Shown here: positions 50,851-64,000 of the stretch, one piece after another | How the letters are laid out: every line of letters starts with the position of its first letter | Numbering within the stretch: position 1 is the first letter of the stretch | Assembly (NCBI RefSeq): GCF_009914755.1 | Contig: NC_060935.1 | DNA: 64,000 nucleotides | From: the human T2T-CHM13v2.0 reference genome, Homo sapiens | Reading direction: 5' to 3' (one strand) | Notes under the pieces: model-generated | Database searches by the model: none | Told to the model about the DNA's origin: nothing | The model's input: the letters and a program-made list of their open reading frames with translations, nothing else | Program-made: the position numbers and the translations under genes

Positions 50851-51425
50851 TCCTCCCTGCCTAACTGGTGAGGTGGGACTTCAATGCCTTTTAGGTTTAC
50901 AGTCTTTTCCTCCCCACGGCTTCTCTTTCCTCCCCGTCTCAGGCACTGGGCATTTCCAGTCGATCCAGCAGGTCTGGCTTCTCTCACATATGCAGTAAGG
51001 GTTAGGGGAGAAGGTCCCAGCTCCTCTTGTCTCTAGCAGAGTGTAAACTGGCTCTGCTGAGGAGGTGGCTGTGCTTTTATTCCTTCTCCTGAGAACTGTT
51101 TATATATTAAGGAGCTTCACAGCCTCCAACATAAGGAAAGCAGGTAGGAACTGATCATATAACGCTTTGTAAATGTTTTAGACTTTGGCTTTAATGGGAA
51201 AGAAATGGGGAGCCATTCGTGGGTTTTTGAGCAGCAGGTGGACATTGCTTTTCATAATGACCACGCCAGCTGCTGTTTGGAGAATAGACTGTAGGGGTCA
51301 CTGCGCAAATTGGAGGCCGCGATCCAGGTGAGAACCAGGTGAAACAGAGCTCGGGCCATGGAGTGGCGCTGGAGGTAAGGAGAAACACTCAGACTCTGGG
51401 TATGTTTTTTGAAAGTAGGATAAAA

Positions 51426-51730
<305 letters not shown>

Positions 51731-51877
51731 ATAAAAATACAAAACATTAGCTGGGTGTGATGGTGTGCACCCTTAATCCCACCTACTCGGGAGGCTGAGG
51801 CAAGAGAATAGCGTGAACCCAGGAGGCAGAGGTTTCAGTGAGCCGAGATTGCGCCATTGCACTCCAACCGGGGCGAA
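51731..51877 (+). mobile_element. Older Alu linker plus right monomer, abutting the AluY
   Basis: aaaaatacaaaacattagctggg...cactccaaccggggcga. Confidence 0.85.
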
Positions 51878-53498
51878 GATTTACATATATATAAGATTTT
51901 CTGTCTGATTGTTTTTTTGGGTATGAGAAAAAGACAGGAATCAGGGATGACTCCAAGCAGCTGGAAAAACGGAGATGCTGCTGGCTGAGATTGGAAGATG
52001 CTGGGGTAGAGGGATAAGACAGCTTAATGTTATATATTTTAGGTTTGAGGTGTTCATTAGAAAAACAAGTGGAGAGATTGATTGGGCAGACACACAGGTC
52101 TGGAGAGGGCTGGGCTGGAGATAGAAATATGGGTTGCCATGATACAGGCATGGGACTGAAAGCCCCATCAGTCCCTTGGAGAGATCATCAGAGAGTGAGT
52201 AGAGACATAGCAGGGCGAAGCCCTGAGCCCCGGTTCCCCCAGCATGTACCTGCAGTCTGTTTCCTCTTCTCAACTACAATTCCCATGGTCTTGTCTTGTT
52301 CACAGAACCTGCTCAAGGAGCATCTATTAAATGAAGGAACCCAACTTTCATCACATGTAAAATAAACATCATTATAATCCTACCTCATAAGGTTGTTGTC
52401 AGAAAAAGTTAAACGTCGTAATGAAAGTGAAACTGCGTTATGATTGGTAGATGCCTGCTATATTTTAAAATGTAGGCTTCATTATCTCATTCTGTACAGC
52501 TTGTATTACTTGATTGTATCTTCACAGTTTCTGATGCATGCAAGGCAGACACTCTCGTTCTCACTTTATTGACGAGGAAAGTAGGATTGGTGAGACAAAA
52601 TAAGTCCCTGAAGCTGCATATCTAATGGTAACACCAGTGGCTGACCTGTTTGAGCACATCTGCGGCAGGCACTGTGTTAATGATTTTGCATGTGTTATCT
52701 GGCAACAACACAGCGAGGTGGGGGTTATTATCTTCACTTGCACATGAGGAAACTGAAGCATAGAGAGGGTGGTTAACTTAGCCAAGGTCCCATAGTGAGT
52801 GGTTGGAAGAGTCTGGGCCATGAAGCAGACCTGCCCATCCTGATTCAATGTTCTTTTTGCAGCCTGATAGCTCCTCTTCTTCATCCCCCTACTAGACTCC
52901 TGCCAGGGCCAAGCCTCACCACTCCTTCCCTTGACATTGGCAACATTCCTCTCTCCTTAACGTTTCTCTCCTACCAAGCCTGCTTGCTGCAGGATACAAG
53001 AGTTCAGTCACTCCTTGGGAACAACCTGCAGGTCAAAACATTTTGGCTTATTGCTTCCCCTTTCTGGAAAGTCCTTTCCCTTCCTCTCTGCCTTATGAAC
53101 TCCTATGTGTTCTTCCAAACCCTGGTGAACTCCTATGTGGTTTTCCAAGTCCAATTAATATGTCACCTCTGTTGTGAAGCTTTCCCTGCTTGCACCAGAC
53201 AAGAGGCATGACTTAGATCATGTGACACTTTGTTTATAGGTCTATCAAAACAAACTGACAATTTCCTGTGGGTTTGACTGATGCCCCTGTAATATTGTGA
53301 TTTTTCTCTCAGGTTCTTATATTTTCATGTCTTTTTATCCAACATGCTGTTTGCTTCGTGAATACATAAATGAATGACCCATTTACAATCACTATCAAAG
53401 CAAATTTATGGATATCAAATATTCTTCTAGAGATGAGGAAATAGGCTAAAAGGAGTGATTTGCCTAAAGTCACTCAACTGATTAAATACTGGAGCTTT

Positions 53499-53665
53499 GC
53501 TGGGTATGATTATGCGTGCCTATAATCCCAGCTACTCAGGAAGCTAAGGTGGGGGCAGAGGGGGTGGGTGGCAATGACCGCTTGAGCTCAACAGTTTGAA
53601 GCCAGTCTGGCTAGCATAGTGAGACTCTGCCTCAAATAAATAAACATAAATAAATAACATAAATA
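53499..53665 (+). mobile_element. FLAM-type Alu monomer with a G-rich insertion
   Basis: cctataatcccagctactcagg...gcttgagctcaacagtttgaagccagtctgg...catagtgagactctgcctc plus A-rich tail. Confidence 0.75.
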
Positions 53666-54894
53666 TTGCAGCATGAACTCAAGAGAGGTGAGGAGATTTT
53701 GTCTGGTGAAACTCAAGATTTCACATGCCTATTGCTTCCCTCTCTGGCATCTAGGGTCCTGGAACCCTCCTCCAAATGCTCCTGCAGGTGGCAACAGAGG
53801 CCAAGGAAAGGTGAAGCATTCTGGCAGAAGTTCTGGAGACAGATGAGAAGCTGAGCTCCCTGAGGGCAGGGGCAAGGTGACTTGAAGAAAGCCAGGCCAG
53901 AGGGAGCATTTTATGCATCCATCATTTGTAATCCAGAAAGAAAAGGTTTAGACAATTTTAGTGTAACCATTAGTCATAAAATTGACACTGAAGAAAGGAA
54001 AAAGCAATTGAAATAAAAGGACAGTAAATAACAAACTATCTTACAGGAAAAGCTACACCATGTGCCCCAAGACACCGAGCTAGAAAGTAGCAGGGGTAGT
54101 CAGTATCAGGGCCCATCGCCTCATGTTATCTGCACAGGGGGTCTCTGTCTGATGTTTGGGCACAGAGAAACAAAGTCCAGGTATAGTGCATTAGACAGGA
54201 CCCAGAGGGTGTTTATGCGTGGACTGATGGCCACCTCGAGGGTCAGAGCTTCTGGCTTATTGTGTCTCCAACTCTGTCCTAATACACATTTTTACCAATG
54301 GCTTGCTGGAAAAACAGAGGAAAGGCCCGTGAATTTGCCAAGGAGAGGAAGCTCTGAGTGTTCGCGAGTGCCCATGTGGAGAACAGGGAATTGTACAAGT
54401 TCGAGCTGTGTGGGCCAATAGGGAAATGGAACAAAGGGACATTTTACCTTTGTGTTCAAAATAATTAGACAAGGACAGCATGGAAGAGACACGGCTTTAG
54501 TAATAGTGTGTGTTGAAAAGAATGGGGCTGGGACATTTATTACAACAACCGACATTTGTGCAGCATTTATGAGGCATTTTCATTACTCCTTATGACACAT
54601 TAGAAGTGGTAATGGGGAAACCAAGGCTGGGAGTATCTTGTGTAATTAAGCAGCAGAGCTGTAGTGTGAATTGTGTCTCTGTAACCCTGGGGTTACTTCT
54701 CTTCTTTTGTTCCCCATCTCTAACCAAGCTGCATGCTCCGCTCGTTCTTTTTTTGTGAATGTCTCTCACCTCCAATGCAGCCATCCATCCTGTTAAAGGA
54801 GTGGATTATCCATGTCTTTCTGAGACTATTGTACAACCTCCTCATTTAATCTCATTTCTCTTTCCTCCCATTAATTTTATATATGCCACATGAG

Positions 54895-55072
54895 CCGGAT
54901 TACCAGATTTAGCAAAAAGCAAAAACAAAACGCCAAGATACTCAGTTACATTGTTACATTTGAATTTTAAAAATGAATAATTTTTATTATATGGGACATA
55001 TATTAAAAATTATTTGTTGTTTATCTGAAATTCAAATTTAACTGTGCATTCTGTATTTTATATGGCAACCCT
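54895..55072. mobile_element. MER53 palindromic hAT MITE
   Basis: ccagatttagcaaa...tttatctgaaattcaaatttaactg...tggcaaccctg. Confidence 0.75.
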
Positions 55073-55311
55073 GATAATCATGAAATACCATTTCCATCAT
55101 TCCAAAAATATCCATTAGTTCCCTGTTACCTGAAGGACAGGGGCCTCAATCTCGAATTTTTACAGGTAGGTAACATAAACATACAAATTAAGTGACTGGG
55201 TAAGTGGAGCCTGAAGCTAAATTCAAAATTGAGGAGCAAATGTTCCCTGACCCCAGACATTCCAGTTCAGACTTTAAACATATATAATCAACTCCAATAA
55301 AAGCAAAAAAG

Positions 55312-55313
<2 letters not shown>

Positions 55314-55352
<39 letters not shown>

Positions 55353-55357
55353 CACAC
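55314..55357. repeat. (CA)n microsatellite
   Basis: Directly visible. Confidence 0.95.
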
Positions 55358-57757
55358 ATCCATAGCCATCAGTGAGTCTGGCTTCTAATCTGAAACCTGG
55401 GCTAAACCAAACCACTTGGCCTGGAATTGGAGGCCCCTGATTGGCCTTTCTGCCCTTCACTCTCACCACTCTCCACCATGGGCCCTCCCATCTCTCCTCC
55501 ACCAGCTCATCATGGATGGCCTCCCTAACCCATAGCCGTCTTCTTACCATGCCAGTCTCACAGGCCACTCAAGTCCACAGTGATCTTTCCCTTTCCATGG
55601 TCAATTTTGGCTCCTCTCTGTCCCAGGGACACGTTTAGCGGTCACATCATTTTTCTCTCCAACACCCGAAAGGGAATACAGGAAGTGACTTTGAGAGGCC
55701 CTTACCATATGCCAAGTCCCCTAAAAAGATCTTTGCTTATTTTTGTTCCCTCTCTCCTTAGTGAGATGGTGAAGTACTCAAGGGTAACAACCCTGTCTCA
55801 TACGATTCCAAATGGTATATTGAGCTTTGCTATAACATCCATGCTCAATATATACTTTCTTACTGACAGGTCCAAGAGTGTACAAACTCATGAACTCAAT
55901 GACCGCAGACTGGAAGTAAAATCACAAACCAGTGCTTCCCCCACCCCCACCCTTCCTTGGTACACCCCTGTCACCTCCCAATTCTGGCTTCAAGCATTTT
56001 TCAAGTCTGAGGCTTTAGCCCAAATTTAAGCTTTGGCTTAAATAACGTCTATTTTTTTTTTTTCCAGAGCTGATAAGAACTTACATTTAAAAGATGGTTC
56101 TTTTTTTGGTCTCAGTCCTGCTGGGTAGTTGTGCCTTGTTAGAAAATTATCCATAGCACTTTCAAAGTCCTCCTCATGAGCATGTTGAACTGAGCCAGAC
56201 TTGGAGCTTTGAATGGAATGCCATTTAATCTTGGCAAAGGTCCACCTTTTGTTTCTAAGGAGGGAAAAAGCCTAAGGAACATGGGTGACTTAGGGACCGT
56301 TTGCACTTAGACCTGATCTGCTGGGGAAAGGTTCGGAATCCTGGAAATACACAAATTAGACACTGAGCTGGGAAAAAGAAAGAGACAAGCACTGGCCAGG
56401 CAACCTTCAGTTTTGCTAACGCCAAAGATTTTAAAAATATCATCCCCTTCTTAGGATTCCTTGGCCTGCCTAGCTATGTTCTGGCTGAGATGTGCTGAGC
56501 CGGGCTGGGCTGCCGGCTCCGGGACTGGTTTGTAGCCAGCTGTGCCTTCAAAGAGCTCTCTCTTCAAGACTTCCTCCAACTCTAGATTCCACAACTGCCT
56601 CCAGGAGCTGCTGGGCCAGGGAGGGCCCTTCTGGAAGCCTGGTTGCCTTTTGAATTCTGTTTTTACTCTTTTTTTTCTTTATAAACAGATTCTCTTCATT
56701 TCAGTGGGAAAAGGTGTCGTGACAGATCCATGTCTCTATTTTACCCTTAGGCCTCAAACTTCTTCATGGGAAAAGATGGCTTCTCTTTTTTAATTGAATG
56801 AACTAGAAGAAGTTCATTGTTATTCATCAACTTCAAAGAGACTATATGAGGCCCCTTGGCCAGGACTACAGAGCAGTATTTTTTAATCAGAAATTATAGC
56901 CAAAAAGAAGAGACCAGAACACATGGGTGAGTGTTACTGAATTATTGGTTTTCCTTAAATAGTCTAGTTTTGGTGTGTGAGAGGAAGAAAGTTGCAAGTG
57001 CTTATGTGCCAGGTACTGTGCTAGGATCTGAGGATGCAGAAATGAAGAAAATGCAATCCCTGGCCCTCCCACCTGTTGGGGGAAGTGGACTTCGCACCCT
57101 GTGGATAAGGAGTACACAGTGTAGCACTGTGGTTAGAAGCACCAGCTCTGTCATCACAGGGCTTGGCTTGTTTCCTGGCTCTGCTGTGGGCTGTGTGGCA
57201 TTGGGCAAGTTACTTAGCTTCTCTGTGCATTATGTTTTGCATCCTAAAAATGGGGTTAGTGATAAAATCTGTGTTATATGGTTCCTGTGGGGATTTAGTG
57301 AGTTAAAATAGTTAAAGTACTTAAGCTCAGTGCTTAGCACTTTGAGTGTTTATTACTATCGTTGAGAAGATGTAGAGGAAGTATATGGGCATAGAGAGCA
57401 AGGTGCAGCTGACTGCTTAGGTGAGGCAGGGGATGCTTCAAAGAGGAGGTGACATTTGCTTTGCACTCTGAAAGATGAGTGGGAGTTCAGTAGACGAGGG
57501 TGGTGTGAGGGAACCCAGGCAGTGGGAAGCGTGGTCGGGGCAGAGAGAAGGTGATGGCTGGAAGCAGTAGCAGAAAGGCCAGTGTGGCTGCAGCCTGGGA
57601 CTCTCATGTGGCTTGGGGGAAGGGAGTAAAATCACAGGCTGAGTCTGGAAAGGTGAGTTCAGGCTAGACTGAGAAAGGCTTTAAACTCCGTGTCATTAAT
57701 TCATTCATATAACTCTATTATCCCCATAAAGATGAAGAAGGAAGGCATTAAAGATTA

Positions 57758-58087
<330 letters not shown>

Positions 58088-58849
58088 CTAGGTGTGTCTG
58101 ACTCCACAGCCTACGCCCCGAACCTTGACTTTGTGCTTTCTCACAATGCCTATGGCTGCTGCTTTAAAACAGCACTTTCCATTTGCCTTGTTAAATGGGA
58201 TTGTATATGAATTATACTTCACTGTTTATTTCTAGAGAAATAAAAGAATCTAATAAAGGAATCTGACACGGACCTTGGGTGAATAAATATACCCTTAGGC
58301 TGGAGTGTATTTCAGATAGCTTGGTTAGGGAACTTGCGTGGTATCCCCAAGGCTCAGGCCCTGAGAAGGCATGGCCACCTGATACCCTGGTTCCTTTAGC
58401 ACAAAATCCTCATGATAACCTCAGTTCGCATTTCTTTGAAATCTGCTTGGCAGAGCTGTGGGATACCTGAAACTCTCTGGGTCATTTTGCTTTGATCAAG
58501 GGCTTTGCTGTTATAGGGGCAGTCTCAGATCAGGTGGTGGAGGTCATCAGGCCTTGGCGAAAAGCCCAAACATCTTCCAATGGGACCAGGCCCTGTGATA
58601 GCATCTTTCCAACCCATTAATGGTCAGCTGGGCTTTTTTGTTGTGTGTCCATTCTGAAGTTCCTCACTCCCTTCTTTTCAGAGACACTCACTGCTCAAGG
58701 ACACTTATTCTTTAGGTTCCAGGCACCTCCTGGGAAGTAACTGGGGAGAGAAGAACAGGGCTACAGTGGGAAAGCAGACCACAGGTGCCAGGCAATTTCC
58801 TTTCTCCAAACACTTCCCTGGGGACAGCTGCCACTCATAAGCATCCTAA

Positions 58850-59215
<366 letters not shown>

Positions 59216-59960
59216 TAATGCTGACTACAATTTGTAGTTTTATAATTTCGTGGTTTTCTTGCTTACTATCCACCTTCTCACTCCCCTGACTGTGAGCTCC
59301 ATATGGCAGGGGCCACATCCATTTTATTTCCTGTTGTAGCCAGCATTGAGGACCGGGGTGGCAGATGGTCTTTTTTCCTGCAACTCTGGCCGTTCCTTTT
59401 CTCTCTCCTTCATCCCCACTAGTGCATTCTCCTCTTCCTGGCCTTTAAGCGTTGGGATCCCTCAAGACTGGCTCTTTGGTTACCTTTATCTCTCGCTTTT
59501 TCCTAAACCCTCACCCAGGTATAAAGCTTCAATTAGTCTACCTGACATCTTTGCAGATCTTAAAGGCATCTCAGATTCCCAAGTTATCAAGGCAATACAC
59601 ATGATCTTTTCCCTAGAACTTGGCTCCTTCCCAGTGTTCTGTGAGTAAATGGCTGCATCAGGCAGCAATATGGGCAAGACAGGAACGAAGGAGTCATCCT
59701 GACGCCTCCTTATTGTTTACCCTCCCTGCAAGCCAATCACTTAGACTTGTTGATTTTTACCTATTGTTCAAATCCACCTACCGCTCCTCATCTCTGCTGT
59801 TCGTACTGTAGCCTTCACTGCCTGCTCTTTTCACCTGACTAGCTTATTAATGAGCCTTCCTACTTCTGTTCTGGTCCCCCTCCATTTGTTATGCTCCAGT
59901 CAGAGCATCCTTGAAATGCAAATCTGATCATTTCACTATCATTACCCATCCCCCGCCCCC

Positions 59961-59961
<1 letters not shown>

Positions 59962-60008
<47 letters not shown>
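59962..60008. repeat. (AC)n microsatellite
   Basis: Directly visible. Confidence 0.97.
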
Positions 60009-60010
<2 letters not shown>

Positions 60011-60053
60011 TCTTTGACAGCCTCCATTGCTCTTACAATAAAAGCCAACATCC

Positions 60054-60401
<348 letters not shown>

Positions 60402-61403
60402 TTAAAGGCTTTGTAGCCCAGACCATACAGTAGGCTGACTTCGGCAATGCACTCTCTGGCTGATCTCTTATGATCCCCCAGTCTCTGGCCTTTGTGTTGG
60501 GAGGCACCTCACTCTGGCAAGCCAGTCTCTTGGACAGTGTTCCTTTGAGACAGCTCCAGCCTGGTTACCTTCCAAGGTCTTCTCTTGACCTACAGAGAGC
60601 TCACATATCCTTGCCCTGCCAAATACTGGAGGGGCAATTTTTCTTGTGGCTGTCCTCTCTCTTGGGTTTGCATGCCTATATGGGCAGCAAGCTGCCTGAA
60701 TGCTTTCTTTTAGATTGGAATTGAATGCCAGTCTATATTGTTCCTTAAACTCCACAAGATTTGTACAAATGCCTCAGAATGAACTCCTTGAAGGGAGCCG
60801 GAACTCGAAGCATAGCACTTTCTAAACAAACCCTCTCTTTTTGCCTCTTCAACCTCCACTCTTTCATAGCCAGGAGTGGGGTTGAAGTAAGGCTCACAAA
60901 ACGGGTTTGGGATCACCACTTTTGCAAATCCTTAACGTACCATCATTTCACTTTGCAATGTGGGAACACATTGCCACCTCTTGAATGAATCCTTTTGGGG
61001 CCACGGCCAGCACTGAGTAGTTCTATTTACAGAATCCTGTTTTAGAGAGAGAAGATGCTCACTTGATGGAAGGAGTCAGTTAGAATCTACCATTTTCAGA
61101 CAAGAAGGGGCATGTTCCTTTTGGAAAAGCTGGGTGGGCACAGTCCTGAGCAGTTAGAGGCATCATAACAGCACCAGGAAGCTGAATGTGAGGGCATAAG
61201 AGCTAACTTGACTTCTTCGCTGATATGCCTGTTGCCTGAAGTTAGAGTGAAGGTCTTTTGAAACTCCTAACTTGGCCCAACTCCTTTTTACCTCTTACCC
61301 TCCCGGTCATTCCCTGTACCCCATCTGGGGGCCCTCCCCAGGGATAGCTCCTGGCCTCAGCCTAGAGAAGCTGCTTCTGTCAGAGATTATAAGAGGCATC
61401 CCC

Positions 61404-61739
<336 letters not shown>

Positions 61740-63674
61740 CTAAGTGCTGCTGCACTCTGGCCAGGTTGGACAGCCGCACTTCTCTTGAACACTACCCAGA
61801 ATCTCCACTTCAATCAAGTGGTAAGAAGGGTCCTTCTCTCTTGCCCAGGAGTCCCGTGGCTGTCTGGGCCTTGCCCCTCCCTGAGTCGTTAGTCCATTCA
61901 CAGAGTATTTCTCTCTCATCTCACCACGGCCAGCACTGTACAAATTCATGAAGGAGATGCAATTTGTCTGAAGTGCTTATGACCAAGGGGAGGGGCATTT
62001 CATGCACATTGGTGTAAATTGGCACAACCTTTCTGAAAAGCAATTCAGAAATGTGTATCAAGAGTATTAAGGGTGTTTTTTGCCGTTTGAGAAATTCCAT
62101 TTCAGTAACTTCCATTTCAAAAGCAGTTTCTAACAGGTTTGTCATGGGGCGTTTGTTTTCACCTTGGGAAATCCATCTTTGATGTCGCGTCTTCTGAATT
62201 CTATTTGATTTGCTCCTTTAATAACGTCATGAAACTCTGTCAGTTTCCCAGCTATATATGGAACACAGAAAGAGAGTGTAGGCAGTCAAGGTGGATTTAA
62301 GGCTGTGTAACTCTGTGAATAGTGTTGTCGAAGAGAGAGGCTGCTCCCAAAAGACATATGGCTTCCAAAAGCAGACTGGTGTGGTGCTGAGTGAATAAAC
62401 ATTGTGTGGGGATCTTGTAAAACGGGAAATTTTATGAGCCCCTCACCTCCCATTCTGATTCAGCAAGTCACGGTGGTTTCCAGGAATGTCTATTTTTAAC
62501 AAGATTTCCTGTAGATTTTGATGCTCAGATAGAGGTCTGATAATCACAGCTTAGAATGTAATCTACCATAGTCTATTTCATTTTTAAGAAATGCTACTAG
62601 ATCTTATTTTGATGGAATATTGTATGTCACATGGGATCCATGCATTCAAGAAATATCTGAAATACTAGACAAGCATTCTCACTGGCAAATTATAGGGAGG
62701 AGTGTAATTTCAAAAAATATTACATAACCCATATGCCATACTTTCAAGTGCACAAAATGCATATAGACACAGAAAAATCTAGAATGATTTCGGTATGCAA
62801 AGTATTCTGCTCACTAGCAAGCACAGGCACTTCATTTCTTTCCTAGGTGTCATGTGACAAATGGGTGCCTGTTTCTATTTCACCTTTCTAGCACTTCTTA
62901 GGCCCCAACCCTAAAGATGTGGTCTTAGAAAAAGCTGGATTTTTTTTTTTTTTTTTCTCATTTCTGCCTAATTCAGCTGTTGACTTTCCATTCCACCTGC
63001 AGGCCAGTTTGGTAAATCAGAGCTGCAATTATTTTTGCTGTTAGGAAGATATCTATTGGGTGGAGTTAATAATACAATTTTGTCCAGTGGTTCTCAAAAT
63101 GTATCAGGCATTGAAATCACCAGGAACGCTTTTCAAGACTGAATGCACTGGATTCACCTCAGTCCAATTACATCAGCATCTCAAGGTTGGGGTTTGTTCT
63201 CAGGTCTTCAGATGGTCATTTATATCATTCAACAAGAAACTTAAGCTGAATTAAGGTAGGGAAGTTCAGTAGAAAAAATGTCAGAAAGACCAGAATTTGA
63301 ATCTCCACTGTGCCAATTCTAAAAACTGTACCAACTTTCTTACACTAGTAAAGCTTTCTATGACTTAATTTCCTCATCTATAAAATGAAGATATCGTCAT
63401 TGTAAAATTATTGTGAGGATTTGTTCTTCACAAAGTTGTGAGGATTACATGAAATTGTATACGTGAAAGGACAAAGTACACACATAAACATGAAGTATTA
63501 TTTTACTTTAAAAAATGGCTCAAAGTTGTTAATAAATTCATGGGGAAACTAGTGTCAAAAGCCTGATTTTGAATTGGGGGAGAACTTGTAGAAGGACTGG
63601 GTTGTTAGCTGAGTTTGGCCCAATGTACCCTGTCCTTTGTCTCCCCTGGCGTTACATATTATTGAAAAAAAGAT

Positions 63675-63816
<142 letters not shown>

Positions 63817-64000
63817 TAATCGGCAAGAAGCTGGTTTCCACTGATCTCCCATTACAGCTAGACACATGGCACAAAGGAAGAAATCTTGCCTTTGGTATAA
63901 ATTTTTACGTAATATGTGAATTTAAGATAAATGAAAAGTCAGGTCCTTCCTTAGAAAACTTGCACAAAAGACTGCACATCCCTTATAGCTTTCCAAAAGC

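Noticed and set aside
53096-53150. 30-bp tandem duplication (also a 12-bp one at ~1368-1391)
   Set aside because: Ordinary slippage duplications in old repeat or intronic DNA

Overview
Human (primate) genomic DNA, recognisable as the ENDOD1 locus (11q21 from recall). Bases 1-27493 are the distal part of the long ENDOD1 intron. It is packed with Alu, L1, L2, MIR, MaLR and DNA-transposon fossils, including a near-full-length antisense L1MA. The large terminal ENDOD1 exon follows: 400 codons at 27494-28696 and a ~3 kb 3'UTR ending at AATAAA 31744. Downstream lie three things: a decayed + strand BUD13 processed pseudogene (~42650-44245); head-to-head with it, a - strand remnant resembling an alpha-crystallin-domain small heat-shock (Hsp30/HSPB9-like) gene with an upstream TATA (~41285-42017), which is the most interesting unexplained signal; and an orphan CpG island with a strong Z-DNA tract (~49000-50850). 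A perfect 38-bp inverted repeat straddles the end of an old MER5 at 6051-6152. Almost all other ORFs in the track are repeat-derived or chance ORFs. Repeat family and subfamily calls come from recognising consensus motifs by eye; boundaries without target-site duplications (TSDs) are approximate.
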